From: Pelagomonas calceolata
Lineage: Eukaryota
Direction of reading: 5' to 3'
DNA: 64,000 nt
NCBI GenBank assembly: GCA_918797485.1
Contig: CAKKNE010000003.1
Coordinates: forward strand, 5,208,001-5,272,000
The position numbers and the translations under genes were made by a program. This document shows, piece by piece, positions 49,885-61,700 of the stretch; positions within the stretch are counted from its first letter, which is position 1, and every line of letters starts with the position of its first letter. The notes under the pieces were generated by a model. It worked only from the letters and a program-made list of their open reading frames with translations. It was not told the origin of the DNA and made no database searches.

Positions 49885-52869
49885 CTAGATCCGGCACTGG
49901 CCCGCGTGCTGTCGCCCTTTGAGCGCGATGGATGCTTGTTCCCGGGCCGCGGAGATATTCGAGGCGCCACACTGGAGCGTGAGCGTCGAAGGGACAAAGG
50001 GTTGGCCAGTGAAGAGCCCGTCGCGGTTCGAGCGGATGACGTCAGCGACGCGGGTGGGGCACGAACTTCGGGTACTCCGGAACCCCCGAGCTCCAGAGAG
50101 GTCATCGATGCCGTGGCCATCGCCACCGTGCTTGTTGAGACCTATGGCGACGGCGTGGACCATGAGCGGATCGTCCAAAGGCCCGGCCAAGCGGCGTGCT
50201 GCGACGCCAACGGCTGCTCCAAAGGCATAATCCTCGCCTGCGTAGATATTAAACCACAATGCATCGTCGAAGGCTAGACTCGGGCCGAACCGACCCCGCC
50301 GGTTGATTTCACACCGATGTTCGCAAACGGGCGTCGCGTTCACGAGAGCGCGAAGCGCCGCGTGCCGCGCGTACTCAACAAGATATTTCTTGTGCACGAG
50401 GAGCATTTGCCTGCGGTTATACCCGGATTGCCCAACACTTTTCATAGCTTCATATATATTATCTTTTGGATTGTGTGAGTAGGCTCAGTCGGAATCGTGA
50501 ACTCGATTTGGACGCGGGGGGCGCGCGGGAGAAAGGCGCAGAATGCGGCTCGGTGGCCGCTCATTGCCATCTGCGTACGACTAAAGCCCCGCGCTGAATG
50601 CGCTGGGGCGACCAGGAGGCGCGTATCAGCGCGCCAGATCTCGATCATGCAAGCAACAGACCTGAGTAGAAATCAACCACTGAGTTGGGTGCACCGATAA
50701 TAATTCACACACTCGTTTCTCGGCGACGACGAGGCGTGCTGGCGAAGTAGAGTGGTGAGCGACCCGCACCGCCGAGTCATCAAGCAGACGTCGCATCGAT
50801 AGCGTGGGGCCAACGCGACGATTCAGCACGAATTCACCTTGAAAAGTTGATTTCTGCAAAGCAAAAGACGCGCGGTCGGTTGTGACATCATCGTCCATGA
50901 CCAGCGCGACTGCCGACGGGATGTCCAACGTCGCGGGGACAACGTAGTGGTTGTCAAGCAGATCATGTGCAGCAAAGTGCACGCGTGAGGCGAATATGTC
51001 ACCCGTCTTAGACCACCTATCGGTTTCCGCGACCCCGTCGCACCGGAAGTTGCTCCGCGCTCCGTTCCACACCACGAGAACGGCCTCGATGAGATCGGAC
51101 CAGCTTCGAGCGGTGTGCACCCATTTGCAGAGTTGATTGACCCGCTTTGCCGAGTAGCCCTGGACGACCAGGGTGGCCCGGTCGAGCGGAGGCTCGGTCT
51201 CAGCTGCGTCTCCGCGTCGATCGCTGACGTTCTGAAACGATGGAATATCATCAGGGTTAGCCGCCGATGTTGAATTAGGGGCGGTCATAGCCAGGGCTTG
51301 ATCCAGAAGTTGGTTTGGAGATGCGTGAGCCTTCTTGGCCGAATCCACGGTCGCGCGACCAAAAAGAGAGCAGTGACGCGGTATACTCGGCGCCGGCGTC
51401 TTGTGGGAGGTGTGGCTCGAGTGACTGTCGTGACACGCGAGGCAACGACAATTCGGGCCCGGGCTTAGGGGAAATCCGGGCGCAGTGACGTTGAATCCCC
51501 AAAAATCGTCCGCCGACTGCCAGTCGCTCCACCGAGCGGAGTTGGCGCACCTCACGCAGCAGCTTCGCGGGTTGCCAAAGCCCGGTAGCAGATCCACGAG
51601 TCGCGCGTACGTCGGAAGAGTATCTCCATAGGCGATGACTAGACCTGGCTGGTCCTTAAGGCCGTGCCCTGGCACAAACCTGGGTCCCAGCGCAACAACG
51701 TGCTCCCAATGTGTGAGGAACAGCTGCGTGGTGCTAGTGTTCCGCAGCAGCATGGTCCCAGTGTTGACCTCGCGCAGCAAGCCGCGCAGTCGCGCAAACT
51801 CTTTGCGATCCCGCCAGGACGGTAAGCTGCAAGATTCCTGGCGATCCAACCGCCGTCGCTGACACGTTGCGGTTTGGCAACCCCCCAACTCGTGATCCGC
51901 CGCGAAGTCGACGCCGACTGCGTCGAATCTTTCCTTTAATACCTCAATATATGATATGCGACGGGGAAGGAGTGTCGCGTCGTTGTCCAGAAACAGGGTC
52001 GTTTCAAAAGGTGACAGTCGCATTGCACGAATTTTGAACATCTTAAAGTGGTATCTCCGCTTGTCTGCGCCCCACGGTATTTCTACAAGCGTATCAACCG
52101 CGGTGCAAAACGAAGCCGCTTCATTCGCGCACAGCGATCTGTAGGCGTCCACCTCGAGCTCGGCGATGCCGAAAGCGACGCCCCATCTTGCGAAAAGTCC
52201 TCCCGCAGCCGCTCGGATCGCGTCCGAAACGTCTCGCAAGTTGCACAGTGCGAGCTTGAGATGCTGCAGACCGAGCGCTGCGAAGAGGATGCCCGAGGCC
52301 TGCAATTGCTTCAGGTCCCGACGTTGGCCGCGAAACGCTGAGTCCAGGTCCTTGTGCACAGTGAATTCCTTCTCACGAATCAAATTTGTCGGCGGGGCCA
52401 TCGAATTAGGCTGTGTCGCACTCCAATGCAGCACTTCACCATACCTCCGAAGCACATACGCCGCCGACATGAGAACTTTTGTTGCGTTATTGCAGGTGTC
52501 CACCGCACAACGGAGGAGCCGTAGCCGAACAAGCATCGCCGGCTCGCGCCGCCGTATGGCCTCGGCGACGAGCGACGCCCCTAGGTCCATGGCTTTGCCC
52601 CCGAAGATAGAGGCTGCCACTGTCATCGCCTCGTTGCCAAACGTCCAGATCGCAGTCTCGTTGAATCGCTCGGGCGGATGTGCGAGTGGTCCGGCATTCA
52701 GCGGCGTTTGATCCCCGTCCTGCAACCCTGCGTACTCGCGGCAGGTCACCTCCCATGCTGATAATTGCGTTACGTCGAACGCCCGTACGGAGTGGCTTAG
52801 TATAAAAATTCCCAACCTAGATCGCGCAACTGCAAAAGTGGGGCTGGCAGGGCGTCTGCCGCGTGGCAT
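49885..52869 (-). CDS. Tandem glycosyltransferase: GT-A/DXD domain plus GT64 (EXTL2-like) domain; exons 52869-50870, 50661-50579, 50462-50325, 50237-49885
   Basis: KIRAMRLSPFETTLFLDND, NTGTML and DQP in the first domain. TLVVQGY..R, VLVVWN, VMDDD, LVHKKYL and CEDY (after splicing) in the second. GC is lower than in neighbours. Confidence 0.72.
50238..50316. mobile_element. Degenerate introner, forming in-frame GC-AG intron 50324-50238 (87 nt)
   Basis: TSD ATCCTCGC versus ATGTTCGC (6/8). Ends CTGCGTAGATATTAAACC and GGTTGATTTCACACCG. Removal restores the GT64 CED motif. Confidence 0.8.
50662..50861. mobile_element. Introner element, 200 bp, forming GT-AG intron 50869-50662
   Basis: Ends CTGAGTAGAAATCAAC and GTTGATTTCTGCAAAG. 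TSD CAACAGAC versus CAAAAGAC (7/8). Confidence 0.88.
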
Positions 52870-53006
52870 CGTGCCTCCTTAATGGATTGTTTTTACACAT
52901 GCACGCCTCCCGAAGGAACAAGCGTCGCACAATACAAGCTCTAGGCTGCCTACAGCTCGTACAAGCCGGTGCCGAGATGGTGCCGTACCTACGGTACCGT
53001 AAATAA

Positions 53007-53612
53007 AGAGAGAAACCTACTAGCCCTTCCTACCCTAGATATGTATCTCCCACTCTCTAATATTTGAGTCTATACATCGAGTGTCAAAAGCACTACGGTG
53101 TAACAACAGTTCACTATAAAACACTCTCGCAGTCAGGCCTATCAGCTCTAAGCTGGTTAGCTAGGACCCTGCCAGTGCTACTTACATAACGCTGCGACAT
53201 ACTCTTGCTAGGTTATGGGCCCACAGGGTTCTGCCTATTGACGTAGAGTGTTTTACAGTGAATGCCTAAACAAGGAAAAACACCCAAAAAGAAATCTAAA
53301 GAGAAAACACCCCAAAAGAGCGGAGAAGGAAGGGCTACAGCGATTGCAGTGTGCTATGATACTGTAGCTACCTTTATCTAGAGCTCCTCTCAGGTTCTAG
53401 TAGATATCAGAGGCTAGTGGCCTGTATCTTAGGATACTTCCTTCTCCCTCTTAATCTCCTTTATTCCAATTCTGTCTTCTCAGGGTTGAGGGGGTTCCCA
53501 CACTCTCACGTTTCAGTGAGAGTTCTTCCTGTTGGCATCTCCGTGTCACATTGACACCCGAGAGACCTAGCTACCACAGCTGCATTGTGCACTTGCTGCA
53601 CCCAGCTCATTA
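53007..53612 (+). repeat. Composite AT-rich repeat block containing repeat A, a segment shared with about 31171-31214, and repeat C
   Basis: Direct sequence matches to 2444-2575, to 31171-31214 (TAGGACCCTGC...CGACATACTCTTGCTA) and to 21546-21822. Confidence 0.85.
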
Positions 53613-53886
53613 TGCAACAGATTTCTTCACTGGCAATGTGACACGGAGATACCAGCCGATCATACCACGCGTTCGTGCGCGCACGCCGTGCCGCGGCGGT
53701 CGACCACGCCCGCGGAAACGCAAAGTCTCTATTGGTAAAAACAGAATCTCCGCAGTGATCTACCTACGGTACCTACCTACCGTAGGTACCTCCCTAGTAG
53801 GTTCATGATGGTGTACCAGCTTGACCCTCTGTGGTAACACGTCCAGCACGTCCAGCAGCCCCGGCGGCGAAACGGCGTATATCACA

Positions 53887-54666
53887 ATGGGAGGAAAAAC
53901 GCCGACGCTGCCGGTGCTCGCCTGTTGTTGGCTGGCCGCGGCCGCGGCCGTGGCCGATGCTCCCGACGAACGGACGACGTCGGATTTGAGCGAATCGCTG
54001 CGGCGGCGCGGCGAGACGCGGACGTACCATGCCTACGTCGCGAAGCAACAGTCGAAGCTCGCGCTCTACCCGGAGAAGATCCGGGCGATCGACGTCGCGC
54101 GGCAGCACCAGGTGCGGCGCGAGTTTGCCGCCGCGGTGGCCCGCGGGACCGCGGGCGTCGCGGGCTTCGGAGGCCGAACGGTGCTGTGTCTCGGCGCGCG
54201 CCTAGGCGGCGAGGTCCGCGCGTTCAAGAGCCTCGGCGCTGTCGCGGTTGGCATCGACCTCGAACCCGGTCGGGGCAACATGGACGTCGTCTTCGGCGAC
54301 TTCCACGACGTGCCGTTCGCGGCGGACAGCTTCGACTACGCGTATTCGAACGTGCTGGACCACATCTACGACCTGCGACGGTTCGGCCGCGAGGTCGCGC
54401 GCGTGATCAAGCCCGGGGGCCTCTTTTTCGCCTCGCTCTACCCGGGCGCCTCCGTCGGCGGCGCCGACGCCTGGACCGCAAAGCAGGCCGCGTCGCTCGA
54501 CGATCGGCCCGCCTTTGTCGCCGCCATGCGCGCGTGCGGCTTCGAGGAGGTCGACGAGACGCGGATCACCGAGGACATGGATCTGTCCAGCGTCATGCCG
54601 CCCGGGGCCCGGAACGCAATCTGGCACCAGAAGATCCTCACGATCTACCTCCGCCGGCGATCGTGA
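53887..54666 (+). CDS. Class I SAM-dependent methyltransferase with signal peptide
   Basis: VLCLGARLGGE, AVGIDL, GDFHDVPFAADSFDYAYSNVLDH and EVARVIKPGG motifs. Confidence 0.88.
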   Translation: MGGKTPTLPVLACCWLAAAAAVADAPDERTTSDLSESLRRRGETRTYHAYVAKQQSKLALYPEKIRAIDVARQHQVRREFAAAVARGTAGVAGFGGRTVLCLGARLGGEVRAFKSLGAVAVGIDLEPGRGNMDVVFGDFHDVPFAADSFDYAYSNVLDHIYDLRRFGREVARVIKPGGLFFASLYPGASVGGADAWTAKQAASLDDRPAFVAAMRACGFEEVDETRITEDMDLSSVMPPGARNAIWHQKILTIYLRRRS

Positions 54667-55718
54667 GAGGACAAAAGAGCGAACCGGACAAAACGGCTGC
54701 GGGAAGGCGCCACGCGGTTCTGGCCCGAGCCTGTAGGTTCAGCGAGACCGGGTCTGTCGATGAGAGTCGTCACTCTTTGAAGTTCGCCTGGCGGTGCCGC
54801 GCATGAGCCCCGGCGACGGTTCCAGTGCGACCAGCGCGCGATGGAGTCCAAGCGCCGGCGGCACATCACGCCTGCCGAGCTTACTACCGGAAATTCCAAT
54901 GTGCGTTGTCGGCGGAAGTCTAGCCACGGCTCGAGTGACCACCGCGGCTTGAAGTTTAAAATACGTGGTTAATTACGCCGCGGCTGGCGGAGACGACCCC
55001 ACAATTGATCCCACGTACAGGGACGATGCTCCTAGTCACCCTGCACCCATACCGGAAATTCCAATAGAATTCGGCTATTTCTCCTGAGCACTCTCGAATA
55101 AACCTCTCAAACCGTCCTGGATCGAAGCAATTAACCGTCCTTGCCGCGACTCTGGCCCGGACTCCGAGTCGGAGCTTTTGCTTTGTAAACGCTCTATCTC
55201 CGAGTCGAGCCTGAGCAGTTATCTCTTGCAACACTGCCTTGAGTTGTACAGAAAAGGAGGCACTGGCAGGCTCTGGAAGCATCACAGCCAATTTCTCATT
55301 CGGAACCATGAATATTATATTTTCTCTGCTACCGCCGCGACATGTAAGAAAGTATCTTTGTAGCGAGCCCCAGGTGACGATATTGCAAGATACCAGTACG
55401 GTACGGTACTGTCCGGGCCCGGCGACGCGGAGAGGCCCGGCAGCTGCTGGCTCCTGGACGACCTTCACCAAGGCCCTAGTATAGACGACTCCCTCCCGCT
55501 CTGAGCTGAACCGAACCGCTGCTCTGGAAATGCCCCATGGAACCGCGGCTCTGGATCCTGTCCAGGCGTTCGCGCACCTGCTGCCGCCGGGCGACGTCGT
55601 CGACGCTGGCGCGAACGACGGGGCGTTCCTTATTAAGTACCTACCTACCCGCGAAGCGAACCTAGGGGACGCTGCTGAGCATGGACCGCAGGAGAATACA
55701 AGATACGACATATCACAC

Positions 55719-58700
55719 TTATGAAGAGAAATCCGAAGCGGAGTCGTCCTCAGCTTTGGCCCGCGCGAGCGCGGACGCGAGTTCCGTGCGGGCCCCTTCT
55801 TCGAAGGAGTCATCGTCGAGACCAAGGAGGCCCGCACGAGGACGAGGCCGAAACACCGCACCTTCCTCGGAAGTGACGAGCGTCGCCGCTCGTCGCCGCA
55901 CGCGCGACCTCTTCTTCTCGTGCCGCGCGGCGGCGCGCGCCTGCGCCTTGGAGACGAGCGCCGTGACCAAAAGAGCACATGCGTGCCCAAAGACGAGCGT
56001 GAACGCGATCAGGAACCAGCCGTTGTCGAGCCGCGAGTTGCGGCCGCGCCTGCGCGTTTTTCGCGAACCTGGAGCGATACCCCACAAACACGCCACCGAC
56101 GCGAAATCCCACCCCAAACAAACATGCCATCGACGCGAAAGCAACAAAACTACTCAAAGCGCGGCCAGTGCACCGCCCGCCCGTCGACCGAAGCACGCCC
56201 TCGTTAACCAAATAAGTAGCGGCCGGCAGGATGAGCAAAAGCTCCTCCATGACAATGTCCTGCATCGTGTCCGGGAGCAGCAGGAAGACGCCCAACACGT
56301 TGAGCATGAGCCACGCGGACCACGACGGGTTCCAGTGCTCCTGGTCGTGAATCTGCTCCAAAGCTTCCAGCGAGAGCCTTGGGTCCACGGCGAGCGCAAG
56401 CGCGTGGCCGTGGCCACGGGACCGCCGCGCCTCGTCGACCAGCGCCTTGAGCTCGGGCTCGCGCGCGACGAGGAAGTCGAGCGGCGTCTCGTTGAGCGGC
56501 GTCTTGTAGGGGTACGACCGCATCCTTACAATGCGCTGCTCGACGCCATCGACGCGATCAAGATCGAGTTCGGGTACGGGAGCAGCATCTGATGGCGTAA
56601 GGGGTGCTCCAGGGCTCGCACCGCCAAAGCCCTCGTCGTCCTCAAAGGCGTCCTGCTGGAGCCTTTCATCCAACAACGAAGGAAGGAAGATCTTGTTGAA
56701 CAAAATCATCAGCGGCACGATCAAAAAGTACACGAGCATGAACTCGAAGAAGAAGTTGAGCAGAAATGGCCAGCTCTGCGCCTGCCCGAGCGCCGTCGCG
56801 TAGACGAGCAGCACGTAGACGGGCCCCGCCAGGCCCAGCACGGCGACACACGAGGCGAACGCCACGACTTTAGAAGAGGGCGGCTGCGGCGCGTGCCACT
56901 GACTGGCGAAATCCAAATCGCGCTTCAGCGTCCGCTCGTAAATGAGGCGCTCGGTCCTTGGGAAGGCGTCCATCCTCAGCTTCGAGGCGAGCCAGACGCG
57001 CGTGATCTCGCTCCTGTGGTCCGGCAAATGCTCGAACTCGCTCGCCCACTGCTCCGCCTGCGCGGGAGGACCCCTGGAGCGCCCCTTATGCCATCGACGC
57101 GATCGGATCAGTAGCGAGGAGCACTCCTGGAGCGAGCGCGAGCGCGTGGCCGTGGCCACGGCACCGCCGCGCCTCGTCGCACTCCTGACGCCATCGAAAA
57201 ACACATGAAAGCACTCAGTCTCCAAGACGCGGCTCAAATCACGATGACTAACCGCCGAAGCAGCTCGGCGGCGACGGCCGACAGCGTCGCCGTCCGATCG
57301 CCGTCGACTAAACCCCACTTCCGCACCAGATCCCGCTCGAGCTCGTGCAGCAGCCAGACGGCGCGGGCGCCGCGCGCGTCGCCGCGCGCCGCGAAGGCCA
57401 CCATGGCCGCGCGCAGCTCGCCGCGGCGCGCCTCGACCGCGTCCGCCGCGGCCGGCGCGAGCTCCCGCGCTTGCTTTAGGAGACACGCCGGTTTGCCGAA
57501 AGCTCCCGAAAGCGACGTCTTGCGCAGCAGGTCGCGCGTGCGGTTCGGCGGCCGCGCGACGGGCGGGGGCAGGGCTTCGAGCTTCTCGGTGCCGCGGCGA
57601 TGGCGTGGCCACGCAACTCTTTTGGAGTTGAGGCGCCACGAGGAAGCTTCTTTTTGAGAGGGTATGAACTCCCGCGCTGGCAGCATCGAGCGCTCCCCCA
57701 AAAAGGGCAAAGACCTGGCGCCTGCGTGGGGGTTGCGTTGAGCTCGCCGAGGCGACTCGTTTGCCAGGGCACACTACCGCAGAAAAAGCATGCCACCGCG
57801 GCGATTGAGAGAAGAGAGACTCCGGTGCCGACCGCGCGCTCGATGACGACTACCCTCGGACCGACGCCACAAGAAGCTTCCGGATGACGCCACGAGAGCG
57901 GGGCCGAGAGCCTCGCTATCGCCGGGCCCGGCAGCGTCGGCGGGCCCGCGCTCCGCTCGGCGGGGTGAGTACGGCACGTAGGGCGCGGCCGGCGGCCGCC
58001 AGCGGCTCTCGCCCGTGAAGACGTTGAAGAAGTAGTTGCGGCCGCGCGCGTCGTCGAAGCACTCGCGCCAGGGCAGGTCCCCCGGGTCCTCGCCCGGCGC
58101 GTCCGGGGCGCCCTCGTCGTCGGCCTCGTCGTCGTCGAGCGTCGAGTCGAGGGCGATGGCGCCGGCCTCGCCGGCGACGGCGGGCTTGACCAGGCGCGCG
58201 ACCGCCAGCTCGTCGGGGTCCTCGTCGAAGCCGCCGCCGGCGGCGGCGGACGCGACGCGGGGCGGCGGTGGGTCCTGCGACGGCGGCCGGGGCGGCGCCT
58301 CGTCCGCGCCGTCGTCGGCGAAGTCGTGCGGCGGCGTGGGCGTCGTCGTCCGCGACGCCTCGCGAAACGCGAGGACGGCCCGGAGCCGCGGGCTCACGGC
58401 ATCCCACGCGCGCCGCGCGGGCGACGCCGGCGGCGCGTCGTCCTCGGGGCGCGGCGGCGCGCCGCCGCCGCCGCCGCCGCCGCCGAGGCTCGGCGTGGGC
58501 ACGGGCGTCGGCGCGGCGGCGCGCGGGACGTCGGGATCGTGGGAGGCCCGCTCGGCACGCCCGCCGGCACGGACGGCGCTCTCGACGGCGCGCAATTCGT
58601 TCGCGGCGGCGGCCTCGACGGCGTGCAGCGAGTCGGTTGCGGCGTCTCGCAGTTCGCGCGCGGCGCCCTCGACGCTGTGCGCCTGCGCGGAGACGGAAGG

Positions 58701-61700
58701 CGCGTCTTGCTCCCGTCAAACCGAGCAGAGACGCCTGCCGACGCGAGAACGAAGACTCCGGCGCGCGCCGCGCGCTCGACGTCCTCCTGCACCTCGCGCG
58801 CGGCCCGCGCGGCCGCATCCTCGACGTCGCGCCACAGGTGCCCCGAGCAGAGCCAGGTCCGCGCCAGGACGTCGAGCACGGCCCACTCGTACACCTTCTG
58901 GCACGGCAGCGTGATCCCGATGACGAAGAGCACCACCAGCAGGTGCGAAAAGTCGCCAAAGGCGTCGTCCGGCGGCGGGTTGACGCTGCAGGTCCCGCTC
59001 GCGTCGTCCCACCGGCAGAGCTCGTGGTCGTTGTAGACCACCGTGAACTTTAGACATTTCCGGTCCGACTTTCGCTCGTCGCACCTCGGGTCCGGGTACT
59101 CCAGCCGCATCTCGAGCGCCACGGCCGCCATGAGCATGACGATCTGCCCCGCCAACGCGATGATCCGCGCGGCCCGCGGCTGCTGATCCTTGCAGTCCCT
59201 CCGCCACACCGTCGTCAGCGGGTGCTGCCGCGCTAACGCGTCGGCGTAGTGGCGCCACCTGCGCGCGCGACGACGACTTGGGACGAAAGGCGCCTCGGAA
59301 GAGTGAACGGACGCGGCGCGCGCGCCAGCCCGCCGCGAGCAAGTCGGCGCCGCGCTCGTCCGCGGGGGAGGCGGCTTCCTCGTCGTTCGGCGAGGTCCGC
59401 GGTCGGCTTCCGGGGAGGTGAATCAAGGGCGGCGCGCCGCCGTGCGTCGCGCGCTTGTCCCCCAGGGTCTTCGCGAGGTCGCGGGTCGAGGCGCCCAGCA
59501 AAAAGGACGACGAGTGCGAGAGCACGAGCCGCCGTCCGCGCCGAAGCGTCGCGTCGCGCTTGTCGAGCCGGTGCCCGCAGATCGCCGCCAGCGCGCTCGC
59601 GAACACGACGACGCCGAGGAACCCCAGGATCACGGCGCTCTTCTCCGGGTCGACGGGCCCCACCAAATTCCGCAGGTAGGCCTTGGCGAAGGACCGCGCG
59701 GTCGTGGCCGTCGAGTAGTCGCGCGCGCCGCCGTCCTCGGGCAGCGCGCAGACGCACGCCGTCGCGTTCGCCGTCGAACGCTCCGGGTCCTCCGCGCACG
59801 CGCCCGGGTCCCACGCGCCGCCGTCCCAGCCGACGCAGGCGTCCACCAGGAGCTCGCCGCAAAGCACCCGGAACTCGCCCCCGACGCGGTCGCACGCGTA
59901 CTCCACGGTGGAGTTGTCCGCCGGGCAGGTGCCGTAGACGGGCCCCACGTAGTTCCAGGGGCAGTACACGGTCGCGTTGGCGACCGCGCCCGTCGCCGCC
60001 GCCCCGCGCGCGTCCCCGGCGGGCACGGCGAGCGTCACGTTGCCCGGGAACGTTGCGTTCGCGAGGCGCCGCCGCCCGTCGCCCGCCGCCGCGGAGCGAG
60101 AAAACCGCAGCGTCTTCGCCGCGGCGACCGGCGCCGCGTGGTAGCCGGCGCCGTCCAGCGCGCTCAAGGCGACGACGAACGGTCCGTCGGGTGATGTGTA
60201 CTCCGCCGCCGCGCCGCCCGCGTCGAGCGCCGCGCTCGCCGACGCCCTCGCCGCGGCGATGGCGAGGCCGCCCGACGCGACGGCCGCGGGCGCCTCGTCG
60301 TCGACGGCGCCCGCGACGAGCGCCGTCGCGATGTCGTCGACGGCACCCGCGACGTCCGCGCCCGCGGCCGTCGCGTCGAGGCGCCGCCTCGCGCCGACCG
60401 CGAACAGGTCCGACGCCAGCACGTCCGCGACGACGCTCGCGAGGTCGCCCGCGCTGCTGTCGCGCGCGTCGCCGCCGGTCGCCGTCGCCCGCAGGTCGAG
60501 CGACAGGTTCCGCGCCTGGCCGAGCGCCAGCCGCGCCCGGTCGGCCGCGAGCGGCGCCCCGCCCGCGGTCGCGCGCACGGGCGCGCGCAGCGCCGCGGCG
60601 AACTGCGCGACGCCGTCGCTCGACGCGTCGGCCATGCCGCGCGCGTCGTCCAGCGCGCCGAGCAGCGCGTCGAAGAGCTCGCCGGCCGCGGCGTCGTCGA
60701 GCTGCAGGCGCCGCCGCGTTTCGCTCCCCAGCAAGCCCGCCGCCGCGGCCACGACCTGGCAGAGGTCCTCGGGCGCGTCGAGCGCGGCGGCCTCCGCCAA
60801 CGCCACCCCGACCGTCTCGTTGAGGCCGCCCGTCGGCGCCGTCGCCGTCGCCGCCGCGAAGGCGTCGCCCGACGCGCCGAGGCTGTCCGTCGCCCGCCTG
60901 CGCGGCGCGCGAGCGGTCCGGTCTCGCCGCGGCGCCGGCGCGCGGGTTGCATGTCTTGAAGGGGGGCTAGAGGGGCTAGGGTAAGAGCTTGGAGGGGGGG
61001 TTTCGAAGGCCGCCCCCCGCCCACGCGCACGCCGCGTCCCACGCGCGGAGCGCGAGCGCGCCCTCGGGCAGCGCCGCCACGAGCGCCGCCGCGAGCGACC
61101 CGGTCTTGAGCACCGTCGTGTCGCCCGCGCCGGCGTCCGCGGCCGCGAAGAACGCGTACGTGAGCGGCAGCTCCGTCGAGGCCCACGAGCTCGTCGCCAG
61201 TTCGAACTTGGTCGTGATGGCCTCGCCGGCTTCGGGCGCCACGCGCAGGACGCCCGCCGTCGGCGGCGCGGCGACGCGCGCCGTCACGGCGGCCTCGCCG
61301 GCGTCGGCGGCGCCGGCCCACGTCGCGCGCAGCGAAAACGCGTACGTCGCGCCCGGCACGAGGGCGCCCGCCCGGATCACGAGCGACTGCACCGTCGTGG
61401 CGCCGTCGACGACGGCGTCGCCGGCGACCCTCGTCGCCGCGACGTCCGCGAGGCCGGCGCCGTCGACGAAGCTCCCGGCGGCCGTCCACTCGTAGGTTGC
61501 CTCGCCGGCGTCTCCATCCAGGGACGCATCAACAACGAGCCGCGCGTTCGCGACGACGGCGTCGCCGGTCCAGCGCGGCGCGACGCTCACGCGCGGAAAG
61601 TCCGCCGCCCGCGCCTCGAACGTGGCCACGGCCGTCGCCTCGCGGCCGTCCGTCGCCGCCGCGACGAGCGTCACCACGTACGCGCCGGCGCCCCGGTCGA

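Noticed and set aside
54956..55700. 344-aa minus ORF and lower-GC segment as a transposase remnant
   Set aside because: No catalytic motifs or termini recognised, and only a short repeat match to 9528-9595.
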